64,000 nucleotides of DNA, taken from positions 396,675 to 460,674 of the forward strand of contig JBPOGI010000004.1 of assembly GCA_051251855.1 (NCBI GenBank). The letters are read 5' to 3'. Made by a program: the position numbers and the translations under genes. This document shows positions 1 to 8,326 of this stretch, piece after piece. Every line of letters begins with the position of its first letter. The first letter of the stretch is position 1. The stretch comes from Roseibacillus sp. GTDB taxonomy: Bacteria > Verrucomicrobiota > Verrucomicrobiia > Verrucomicrobiales > Akkermansiaceae. The notes under the pieces were generated by a model that was not told the DNA's origin, made no database searches, and saw only the letters and a program-made list of their open reading frames with translations.

Positions 1-2401
1 CGATGGCGCAGCCATTCACGTCGATTCCGGATGCACCCTCACCCTGACCAATTCCGCTCTCTACAACAACGCGACCCCAGACGATGGAGGCAACTCCGGT
101 GGAGGTCTCTACAACGCCGGAACTGCCACTGTTGAAAACTGCACCTTCTACCGCAACTTCGCCTGGCTCGGTGGTGCCATCCAAACAAACTTTGGAGGAG
201 AAACCACTTTGCGCCACTGCACCATCGTCGACAACAGCTCCACCGACATCGCCGGCGGGGTCACTAACGGCGGCACTCTCACGATGGAAAACACCGTCCT
301 CGCCCACAACGTCAACAACGCAGGTGGCAACCCCAACTTGGCCAGCTCCGGCCCCTTCACCTCTCTCGGCGGCAATTTCGTGAGAGACAATACCGGTGAA
401 GCCTCAAAATTCCCCCTAAGCCCATTCGGCACCACAAACGCGAACGGCGACTACGCCGGCACCGCAGCTCAACTCCTCAATCCAGGCTTTATCACTTCCG
501 GCGAAGCCTTCGGCACCACCGGCTACCTCACCAACCACGGCGGCCCCACTCTCACCTTGATGCCCCTTCCTAACTCTCCCCTTATCGATAAGGCCAAACC
601 CACCACCACTCCCACTCCGGACCAACGTGGTGTCGCCACCCTCGCCCTCCGCGACATCGGGGCCGTCGAGACCACTTGGGACCAATTCCTGACCATTACC
701 AGCCCCGGCACCACTCTCGATATCACCGTCCCCACCGACTCCATCATCACCTTCCCTGCCGGAAATCCAATCTCATTCACCATCCCCGCAAGCTACGCCA
801 TCGACAACACCAATGCTGACGTCGTCTTGCCCAACGAAGTCAACTCCGGCTTCACCATCTCCCCCGCTCTCGGCTCGACTCAAGTCCTCGGCCTCTCCAT
901 CCAAAGTGGACCGTTCTCCGCCGATCTCAACGGAGCCCCCTCCTCCTTCATCCTCCTCGGCTCGTCAGACCTCAACCACTTCACCCCCCTGACTGCCGGA
1001 CCAATTCCTCCCTTCACAGGCCAGAGCCAAACCCAAACCATCTACTTCACCCACTACCTCCCCACCTACGTTCACTACCGCCTCATCTTCCCACAAAACC
1101 ACTTCGACAACGACCTCACTATCGGCGAAATCCAACTCCTCGGTGTCCCCGCCGGCATTCCTTGCCTTACCGACGTCACTCTTGCGCACGATCCAAACGG
1201 CGAGTCCGACATCATCATCGAGGCCCAAGTTCGCCCCGACCGCAGCTACAAAGTCCTTGCTGGAGACTCTCCCGACAACCTTGTGGAAGATGGAAACTTC
1301 AGCCCTGACTTGAGTAACGTCGAACCTTTCGCCTCCACCTACGTGCAAACTTTTAATAGTAGTCAAACCGTCCCCCAAAAACAATTCTTCCGCCTCCAGG
1401 AGCAGACCACCTGGCAAGCCACCACCGCCGATTCCACCCCCAACGTTGGCCAATTCACCTCCCTCGCCTTTTCCCCAGCCGGTCTCCCCGCCATCTCCCA
1501 CTTCGACAATTTCGACCCCGGCCTCAAGTTCGCCGCCTTCGATGGCACTTCCTGGCAGAACACCACCGTCGATTCCACCGGTTCATACACCTCTCTCGCC
1601 TTCTCCCCCGCCGGACTCCCCGCCATCTCCTATACTGACGAAACCAACTTTTCCAATGCAGCCCTCAAGTTCGCCTCCTTCGATGGTTCCTCTTGGCAAA
1701 CTGAAACCGTCGATTCCTCCGGCAACGTCGGCTGGGATACCTCCCTCGCCTTTTCCCCCGCCGGTCTCCCCGCCATCTCATACAGGGACAGCACCAACGA
1801 AGACCTCAAGTTCGCCTCCTTCAATGGCTCCTCTTGGCAAATCGAAACCGTCGATTCCTCCAGCAACGTCGGCTTGGACACCTCCCTCGCCTTCTCACCC
1901 GCCGGTCTCCCCGCCATCTCCTACTACGACGTCACAAACGAAGACCTCAAGTTCGCCACCTTCGACGGCTCCTCTTGGCAAACCGAAACCGTCGACTCCT
2001 CCGGCAACGTCGGCAGATGGCCCTCCCTCGCCTTCTCCCTCGCCGGTCTCCCCGCCATCTCTTACTACGACGTCACCAACGAAGACCTCAAGTTCGCCTC
2101 CTTCGATGGCTCCTCTTGGCAACCCGTCACCGTCGACTCCCTCGGCAACGTCGGCTGGTATACCTCCCTCGCCTTCTCCCCCACCGGTCTCCCCTCCATC
2201 TCCTATACTGACGTCAGCAGCACCAACCTTAAATACGCCTCCTTCGATGGCTCCTCTTGGCAACCGACCACCATCGATTCCACCGGCAACGTCGGCTTGG
2301 ACACCTCCCTCGCCTTCTCCCCCGCCGGTCTCCCCGCCATCTCTTACTTAGACCTCACCAACATCAACGGCGTCCTCAAATACATCGAACTCACCCCCTA
2401 A
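1..2401 (+). CDS. Large secreted/surface protein, 5'-truncated: beta-helix (GGAI/GGGL) repeats, choice-of-anchor-Q-like domain, discoidin/F5-8-like domain, FFRL domain, C-terminal 7-repeat beta-propeller
   Basis: The frame is open from base 2 (DGAAIHVDSG...GGGLYN...GGAIQ) into ORF 209..2401. Motifs: NHGGPTLT..P..SP.ID..DQRG..DIGAVE; HYRLIFP..IGEIQLLG; seven 47-aa repeats. Confidence 0.85.
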   Translation, partial: DGAAIHVDSGCTLTLTNSALYNNATPDDGGNSGGGLYNAGTATVENCTFYRNFAWLGGAIQTNFGGETTLRHCTIVDNSSTDIAGGVTNGGTLTMENTVLAHNVNNAGGNPNLASSGPFTSLGGNFVRDNTGEASKFPLSPFGTTNANGDYAGTAAQLLNPGFITSGEAFGTTGYLTNHGGPTLTLMPLPNSPLIDKAKPTTTPTPDQRGVATLALRDIGAVETTWDQFLTITSPGTTLDITVPTDSIITFPAGNPISFTIPASYAIDNTNADVVLPNEVNSGFTISPALGSTQVLGLSIQSGPFSADLNGAPSSFILLGSSDLNHFTPLTAGPIPPFTGQSQTQTIYFTHYLPTYVHYRLIFPQNHFDNDLTIGEIQLLGVPAGIPCLTDVTLAHDPNGESDIIIEAQVRPDRSYKVLAGDSPDNLVEDGNFSPDLSNVEPFASTYVQTFNSSQTVPQKQFFRLQEQTTWQATTADSTPNVGQFTSLAFSPAGLPAISHFDNFDPGLKFAAFDGTSWQNTTVDSTGSYTSLAFSPAGLPAISYTDETNFSNAALKFASFDGSSWQTETVDSSGNVGWDTSLAFSPAGLPAISYRDSTNEDLKFASFNGSSWQIETVDSSSNVGLDTSLAFSPAGLPAISYYDVTNEDLKFATFDGSSWQTETVDSSGNVGRWPSLAFSLAGLPAISYYDVTNEDLKFASFDGSSWQPVTVDSLGNVGWYTSLAFSPTGLPSISYTDVSSTNLKYASFDGSSWQPTTIDSTGNVGLDTSLAFSPAGLPAISYLDLTNINGVLKYIELTP
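1412..2398 (+). repeat. Seven tandem 141-bp coding repeats (47-aa propeller blades)
   Basis: TGGCA unit starts at 1412, 1553, 1694, 1835, 1976, 2117 and 2258; the stop is at 2399-2401. Consensus WQTETVDSSGNVGxxTSLAFSPAGLPAISYxDxTNEDLKFASFDGSS. Confidence 0.95.
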
Positions 2402-2683
2402 TTCCCGTCCCCTAGGTCCTCCGAAGACCTCAAAGACTCACAATCGAATCTTCCGCGCTCCTCAACTCGGAAAAGAGCCTTCTTGTCCACTCATCGGCCC
2501 CCAAGCAATTCAGAGCCAAGACATCCGCAGTCGAAAAGCCCTCCTCTCTTTCTCCGCTTCTTGCCAGGTAAGAGCCCTCTAGACGTTACCGCGTAAAATC
2601 AGAGCGTATTCAAAAAACAGCGTTCAAATGAAGGAATGCCAGCGCAACCAACTCGGCGGTGCCATCTACATCCTGAATCGGCA

Positions 2684-2755
2684 GTAGCTGGAAGGATGAC
2701 CTCGTCCTATCCAACCACAGGCCAAAAATCCGACGGCAATAAAAGCCGCCGCTCC
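2684..2755. repeat. REP-like palindrome pair (degenerate left arm) upstream of uvrB
   Basis: The right arm GACGGCAATAAAAGCCGCCGCTCC matches copies at 5059-5082 and 52173-52196. The left arm is a GTAG-led hairpin. Confidence 0.65.
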
Positions 2756-2776
2756 GTCAAATTCTTCACTTCAGCA

Positions 2777-2806
2777 TTGGACGTTAGGCGTTCGATGTTG
2801 GAAGTT
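2777..2806. repeat. Degenerate heptamer tandem repeat
   Basis: TTGGACG TTAGGCG TTCGATG TTGGAAG TT, just upstream of the uvrB start. Confidence 0.5.
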
Positions 2807-2812
2807 CTCCCC

Positions 2813-5011
2813 ATGCCTTTCGAACTTGCCAGCGACTACGAGCCTGCCGGCGACCAGGCCCAGGCCATCGCCAAGCTCACCAAATCCATTGAAGCGGGGA
2901 ACAAGCACCAGACGCTTCTGGGAGTCACGGGCTCGGGCAAAACCTTCACCATGGCGAATGTGATCCGGAACATCGGCAAGCCGACCTTGATCATGTCGCA
3001 CAACAAGACCCTCGCGGCTCAACTCTACTCCGAGTTCAAAAACTTCTTCCCCAACAATGCGGTCGAGTACTTCGTTTCCTACTTCGACTACTACCAACCC
3101 GAGGCCTACATCCCTCGTTCAGACACCTACATTGAGAAGGACTCTTCCATCAACGAGGAAATTGAACGAATGCGCCTCTCCACGATGGGCTCCGTCCTCA
3201 CCCGCGAAGACGTCATTGTGATCGCCTCCGTCTCCTGCATTTATGGTTTAGGCAGTCCCGATGATTACGAAAGCGCAATGCTTCCCGTCTGGGTCGGCAA
3301 AGAAATCGGCCGCGACGAATTCCTCAAAGAGCTCGTCAACCTCCTCTTCGAGCGCAACGACATCGCCTTTGGCCGTGGCAAATTCCGCGTGCGGGGCGAC
3401 GTCGTCGAGATCCATCCCGCCTACCTCGACGAGACCGCTATCCGCGTGGAATTCTTCGGCGACGAAATCGAACGCATCTCCAGCATCGACTCTCTGCGCG
3501 GCACCGTCATTGACCGCATCGAGTCCCACACCTTCTTCCCCGCTAAGCAGTTCGTCACCGACCGCGCCAAACTCAAGGACGCCATGCACGCCATCAAGAA
3601 GGAATGCGCCGAGCAGGTGGCTGCCTTCGAAAAGGCAGGAAAACTCATCGAAGCCCAACGCCTCAAGATGCGCACCGACTACGACCTCGAGATGATGGAG
3701 GAGATGGGATTCTGCCAAGGTATTGAGAACTACTCCCGCCACCTCACCGGCCGCCCACCCGGCGCTCGACCCTACACCCTGTTAGACTTCTTCGCCTCCA
3801 AGGACTTCATGCTCATGGTGGACGAGAGCCACGTCTCCATCCCTCAAATCGGCGGCATGTATGAGGGCGATCGCAGCCGCAAGACCGTCCTCGTCGACCA
3901 CGGATTTCGCCTCCCCAGCGCCCTCGACAACCGCCCGCTCAGATTCCCCGAATTCATGGAACAGACCATGCAACGTCTCTACGTCTCCGCCACTCCCAAG
4001 GTCTTCGAACTCGCCAACTCCCGACCCGACAACCACAGCTACCTTGACATCAAACGCCAAGCCCAGGAAAGCGGCCTCGACATTCTCACCTTAAAAAAGA
4101 TGAAAGTCCGCACCAGCGGCAGCGACGAATCCGTAGAAGACTTCGACCCCACCAAGCGCAGCACCCCTCTCGTAGTCGAACAAATCATTAGACCTACTGG
4201 ACTCCTCGACCCCATCCTCCACCTCAAGCCCCTCAAAGGCCAAATCGACGAAACCATCGAACTCTGCCGCCAACGAGTCGAAAAAAACGAGCGCGTCCTC
4301 GTCACCACCCTCACCAAAAAAACCGCCGAAGACCTCACCGACTACCTCGTTGGAGTCGACCTCAAGGTGCGCTACCTTCACTCCGACATCGACGCCGTCG
4401 AACGGGTCGAAATCCTACGCGCCCTCCGCGCCGCCGAGTTCGATATCCTCATCGGCATCAACCTTCTCCGCGAAGGACTCGATCTCCCCGAAGTTTCCCT
4501 CGTCTGCATTCTCGATGCCGACAAAGAAGGCTTCCTCCGCAACGAGACCTCCCTCATCCAGACCGCGGGCCGCGCCGCCCGCCACGTCAATGGCGAGTGC
4601 GTCCTCTTCTGCGACAAGATCACCGACTCCATCCAAAAACTCATCGACGTCACCGAATACCGTCGCGCCAAACAACAGGAATACAACGAGAAGCACGGCA
4701 TCACCCCCCAAAGCGTGATCCGCAAAGTGCAAGAGAGCCTCCACACCTACGACGAGACCGCCAGCAAAGGTCGCAAAATCAACGCAGGACTCGTCGCCGA
4801 GGACGACATGCTTTACAACGTCACCGAGGTCCTCAACGAACTCGAAGGCGAGATGCAAGAAGCCGCCAGCAAACTCGAATTCGAACGCGCCGCCCACCTC
4901 CGCGACCAAATCAAACAGCTCAAAGAAAAAGCCGGCCTCACCGACAAACCCCGTCCTGACAAGTCAGTCACCTTCAAAAAGCCAAAGGCCAAACGAGCAA
5001 AAAAGAAGTAA
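2813..5011 (+). CDS. uvrB: Excinuclease ABC subunit UvrB
   Basis: PAGDQ, GVTGSGKT, YFVSYFDYYQPEAY, DESH, QTAGRAAR, and a C-terminal UVR domain (LEFERAAHLRD). Start placed at MPFELASDY. Confidence 0.98.
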   Translation: MPFELASDYEPAGDQAQAIAKLTKSIEAGNKHQTLLGVTGSGKTFTMANVIRNIGKPTLIMSHNKTLAAQLYSEFKNFFPNNAVEYFVSYFDYYQPEAYIPRSDTYIEKDSSINEEIERMRLSTMGSVLTREDVIVIASVSCIYGLGSPDDYESAMLPVWVGKEIGRDEFLKELVNLLFERNDIAFGRGKFRVRGDVVEIHPAYLDETAIRVEFFGDEIERISSIDSLRGTVIDRIESHTFFPAKQFVTDRAKLKDAMHAIKKECAEQVAAFEKAGKLIEAQRLKMRTDYDLEMMEEMGFCQGIENYSRHLTGRPPGARPYTLLDFFASKDFMLMVDESHVSIPQIGGMYEGDRSRKTVLVDHGFRLPSALDNRPLRFPEFMEQTMQRLYVSATPKVFELANSRPDNHSYLDIKRQAQESGLDILTLKKMKVRTSGSDESVEDFDPTKRSTPLVVEQIIRPTGLLDPILHLKPLKGQIDETIELCRQRVEKNERVLVTTLTKKTAEDLTDYLVGVDLKVRYLHSDIDAVERVEILRALRAAEFDILIGINLLREGLDLPEVSLVCILDADKEGFLRNETSLIQTAGRAARHVNGECVLFCDKITDSIQKLIDVTEYRRAKQQEYNEKHGITPQSVIRKVQESLHTYDETASKGRKINAGLVAEDDMLYNVTEVLNELEGEMQEAASKLEFERAAHLRDQIKQLKEKAGLTDKPRPDKSVTFKKPKAKRAKKK

Positions 5012-5012
5012 C

Positions 5013-5082
5013 GGAGGGGCGGCCTTTACTGCCGCCCGCACCGGTCTATCAAAACCCCAGCGGCAATAAAGGCCGCCGCTCC
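5013..5082. repeat. REP-like inverted doublet (GGAG-type)
   Basis: GGAGGGGCGGCCTTTACTGCCGCC ... AGCGGCAATAAAGGCCGCCGCTCC. Each arm is itself a hairpin. Confidence 0.85.
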
Positions 5083-5090
5083 ATGAAGCC

Positions 5091-5615
5091 CTACGGACTC
5101 CAACGCACAGCCGCACCCATCGCAATCAGCGCTCCTCGCCGATGCCATTTCAACAGAGAATCTGGCATCGCCGACTCCTTCCCTTCCAGTGGCAACCGAA
5201 TCAAAAGCGCCTCGGTACCATCCCAACTGTAAAGCTTCAACCGAGCATAACCGCCTTCAGCATCGTGAAAGAAAACAACCAACCCATCAGGATTCCCCAT
5301 TTTTTCGAAGAGCGCTGACATCTGCTTCTCTCCCTTCGTATTCAGCAACCGATCAAAAGAAATTTGAACCGCGTCGGACTTAAGAACCTGCAGCTCGAGG
5401 TCCTGCTCACTCCAGGGAAAAGCTTCCGCCAATTGAGGATCGAGATAAAGCGAACGCATGTCTTTCTCGAGCAGTTCCGCCAAACGCAAACTGGCCTTCG
5501 AGCGCTCTCCTGTGGTGGCATCAAGAAACGCCAAACTCACTCCCCTCGAACCGGCCCAAAGTGAAGTAGGCAGCAGAATCAACAACGCAAAGAGCCAGAA
5601 TCGATAATTTTTCAT
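5091..5615 (-). CDS. Hypothetical secreted protein
   Basis: ORF with a signal peptide (MKNYRFWLFALLILLPTSLWA); no recognised domain. Confidence 0.75.
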   Translation of the reverse strand: MKNYRFWLFALLILLPTSLWAGSRGVSLAFLDATTGERSKASLRLAELLEKDMRSLYLDPQLAEAFPWSEQDLELQVLKSDAVQISFDRLLNTKGEKQMSALFEKMGNPDGLVVFFHDAEGGYARLKLYSWDGTEALLIRLPLEGKESAMPDSLLKWHRRGALIAMGAAVRWSP

Positions 5616-5709
5616 CAGGCGGACGCTACTGGACATCGCTTAAAAACGCGAGGCCCTAAGCTCACTCTTTCTTGTCAGAATGGCCCCCAGCCCCTACCTC
5701 TCACAACCG

Positions 5710-5991
5710 ATGCCCTCTCGCGGACGCCACCAATCCACCTCCAAAGAATGCCGAGCGCTCCTCAAAAGGATCGAAGCGCTCGACGGAGTCGTCGCGGTCA
5801 TTATCGGGCGTTCCTACGGCGGAAAATCACTCGGCAATGGCCGCGCCACCGGAGCAATTCGCATTCAACGCACCGTCAGTGGTGGCTTAAAGGCCGTAAT
5901 GCAGTCCGAGAAAGGCCTGCAAGAAATCTACATCCGCACCCACCCCGACAAAGAAGACGATATCACCCAAGCCATCGAAAACTTTACCTAG
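5710..5991 (+). CDS. DUF2103-like small protein
   Basis: GRHQST...LLKRI...V..VIIG...GGLK......GLQEIYI pattern. Confidence 0.6.
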   Translation: MPSRGRHQSTSKECRALLKRIEALDGVVAVIIGRSYGGKSLGNGRATGAIRIQRTVSGGLKAVMQSEKGLQEIYIRTHPDKEDDITQAIENFT

Positions 5992-6054
5992 GAGCGGCTT
6001 CAAAAATACCAAAAAGAAACGGACAAAGAGCGCCGTATAGTTTCCACTGCTTCC

Positions 6055-7494
6055 ATGACTCTCATCAAACACTCAGCGCTCGCCTTGCTGCTCACCCTCG
6101 CCAGCCTCTCGGCAGAAAAACTCCCTAACTTCCTCGTCATCGTTGTCGACGACCTCGGTTACATGGACATCGGAGCCAACAACCCTGACTGCTTTTACGA
6201 GACTCCACATATCGACGCCCTTGCCAAATCAGGGATGCGCTTCACTGACGGCTACGCCTCCAACCCCGTCTGTTCACCCACCCGCTACAGCCTCATCACC
6301 GGCAAATATCCCACCCAGGTCGATGCCACCAATTTCTTCAGCGGCAAGCGTGGCGGCAAATTCAATCCCGCCCCTCTCAACGACAAAATGCCCTTGGAGG
6401 AAGTGACCGTTGCACAAGCCCTCAAGGACAAGGACTATAATACTTTCTTCGCTGGAAAATGGCACCTTGGCCCCTCCAAAGAATACTATCCGCAAAACCG
6501 CGGCTTCGACATCAACATTGGCGGTTACCACAAAGGAGGACCCTACACCGGAAAGAAATATTTCGCCCCCTTCAAGAATCCCGAAATCGAAGAAGAAAGT
6601 CCTGATGGCGAGCATCTCCCGACTCGCCTCGCCCGCGAGACCACCCAGTTCATCGACGAAAACAAAGACTCCCCTTTCCTCGCCTATCTCGCCTTCTACT
6701 CCGTCCACACCCCTCTGATGGGACGTCCCGACCTCGTCGAAAAATACAAGAAGAAGGCTGCATCCATCACTGGAAAAGAATTCGGAAACGAAGAACAAGT
6801 CTCTGGTAAAGGTGATCGGAAAGTCCGTATCCTACAGAATCACGCAGTCTACGGAGCGATGGTGGAAGCCATGGATGAAGCCATCGGCACCGTCCTTCAA
6901 CACCTCGAAGCAACCGGCCTCGACGAAAACACCGTCGTCATCTTCACCTCCGACAACGGCGGCCTCTCCACTTCCGAAGGCCTCCCCACCTCCAATCTTC
7001 CTCTTCGTGGCGGCAAAGGCTGGGTCTACGAAGGCGGCATTCGCATCCCGTGGATTATTCGTTATCCCGGCGTCACCCAACCCAACACCACTAACGCCGA
7101 GCCCATCTCCTCCATCGACCTCTACCCCACCCTCACCACCGCTGCCGGCATCACCACCGAGCACTCCATCGACGGCATCGACTTGGCACCAGCACTCAAA
7201 GGCGAAGACCTCGGGCGCAAATCCCTCTTCTGGCACTACCCTCACTACAGCAACCAAGGAGGAATCCCCGGCGGAGCCATTCGCGAGGGCGACTACAAAC
7301 TCTTTGAACGCTACGAAGACGGAAGCGTCCACCTCTACAACCTCAAAGAAGACATTGGTGAACAAAACGACCTATCCAAAGAGAACCCCGAACTCGTCAA
7401 GGAAATGCGCTCTCGCCTTCATCAATGGTATCAGGACGTCGACGCTAAATTCCTCCAGAAAAAGAAAGGCAGCCCCGAGCCCTGGAAGCCGTAA
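6055..7494 (+). CDS. Secreted formylglycine-dependent sulfatase (S1 family)
   Basis: Signal peptide; DDLG, CSPTR(YSLITG), GKWHLG, SDNGG and LRGGKG..YEGGIR motifs. Confidence 0.96.
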   Translation: MTLIKHSALALLLTLASLSAEKLPNFLVIVVDDLGYMDIGANNPDCFYETPHIDALAKSGMRFTDGYASNPVCSPTRYSLITGKYPTQVDATNFFSGKRGGKFNPAPLNDKMPLEEVTVAQALKDKDYNTFFAGKWHLGPSKEYYPQNRGFDINIGGYHKGGPYTGKKYFAPFKNPEIEEESPDGEHLPTRLARETTQFIDENKDSPFLAYLAFYSVHTPLMGRPDLVEKYKKKAASITGKEFGNEEQVSGKGDRKVRILQNHAVYGAMVEAMDEAIGTVLQHLEATGLDENTVVIFTSDNGGLSTSEGLPTSNLPLRGGKGWVYEGGIRIPWIIRYPGVTQPNTTNAEPISSIDLYPTLTTAAGITTEHSIDGIDLAPALKGEDLGRKSLFWHYPHYSNQGGIPGGAIREGDYKLFERYEDGSVHLYNLKEDIGEQNDLSKENPELVKEMRSRLHQWYQDVDAKFLQKKKGSPEPWKP

Positions 7495-7546
7495 GCTTGG
7501 GATTATCCTTGCGGCCCCACGATGCCCTTTGCTTAGCTGCTAGGGT

Positions 7547-8299
7547 ATGAAAATACCTTTCTTCGCCCTTTGTTCACTAACTTTCACAGGCCTCTCTCTA
7601 GCTCAAGCACCCTCCGACTTCGATCCTCTTGGTGAGAACCTCAACCTCCCGAAGCAAATTCGAGTGATGGTGGAGTTCATAGAGGTCCCCCTTCCCGAAC
7701 TCACTAAACTCCTCGCCGATCCGCGAAAGTCCGCCAATGACGGCGACCTCCGTGAGGCGGTTGGCAAGCTCATCACAGCCGGAACCGCAAAGCACTACGA
7801 CACCCAACTTGTCATTGCACGCTCTGGTGAGACCGCAACCGCAGAAGCTATTCTAGAATACATCTATCCCACCGAATACGACCCCTTCGGCGCCACCAGC
7901 GGAAAGACTTCTTCAGAGTCATCTGAGAAGAACTCACCCACCCCTTCGGTCATCGTTCCTCCGACTCCCACCGCCTTCGAAACCCGAAACACCGGCGGCA
8001 CTCTTGAAGTTCAACCCACCATCGGAGCCAACAATCATATCATCGACCTGCGCTTTGCCCCGGAGATTGTCGAACATGTCAAAAACGAGCTCTGGGGCGA
8101 GTGGAAAGGCCCTGATGGCGAAGTCCCCATCCAGATGCCCTCCTTTTTCAGCTCTCGCTCGAATAGCGGTCTTACCATGATTGACGGCCAATATTCTCTC
8201 GCTGCCACCGCCTCCATGCTCGGTGAAGACCAAAAGCCTGATCATCAGCGCAAGCTGCTCTTCTTTGTGCGAGCCGATATTCTGACCGTTGGCCGCTAA
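7547..8299 (+). CDS. Secreted protein with a minimal secretin-like domain
   Basis: Signal peptide; PKQIRVMVEFIEV, RSGETA, YIYPTEY, TAFETRNTG.TLEV.P.IG, IDL...PE, DG, LLFFV.A.IL resemble the secretin core. Confidence 0.7.
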   Translation: MKIPFFALCSLTFTGLSLAQAPSDFDPLGENLNLPKQIRVMVEFIEVPLPELTKLLADPRKSANDGDLREAVGKLITAGTAKHYDTQLVIARSGETATAEAILEYIYPTEYDPFGATSGKTSSESSEKNSPTPSVIVPPTPTAFETRNTGGTLEVQPTIGANNHIIDLRFAPEIVEHVKNELWGEWKGPDGEVPIQMPSFFSSRSNSGLTMIDGQYSLAATASMLGEDQKPDHQRKLLFFVRADILTVGR

Positions 8300-8326
8300 C
8301 AGCACGACAACAAAGGCCCCTGTCTC

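Noticed and set aside
1446..2351. 301-aa Pro/Ser-rich ORF and similar overlapping or antisense ORFs across the window (e.g. 52508..53692, 6812..7543)
   Set aside because: These are shadow frames of well-supported genes, produced by codon bias.
1412..2398. CRISPR array or DGR template/variable repeats
   Set aside because: The units are in-frame coding repeats without unique spacers. The differences are not adenine-specific, and no cas or reverse transcriptase gene is present.
2607..2634. Possible LexA box upstream of uvrB (CGTTC-AAAT-GAAGG)
   Set aside because: It has three mismatches to the palindrome and no clear associated promoter.
2628..2687. Tiny ORF MKECQRNQLGGAIYILNRQ with a GGAIY motif
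   Set aside because: It is too short, has no RBS evidence and ends in a REP-like arm; at most a remnant.
2636..2812. 59-aa N-terminal extension of UvrB
   Set aside because: It runs through REP and heptamer repeats; UvrB similarity begins at 2813.
4010..4171. Intein in UvrB
   Set aside because: It is too short and lacks the C-terminal HN-[CST] splice junction.
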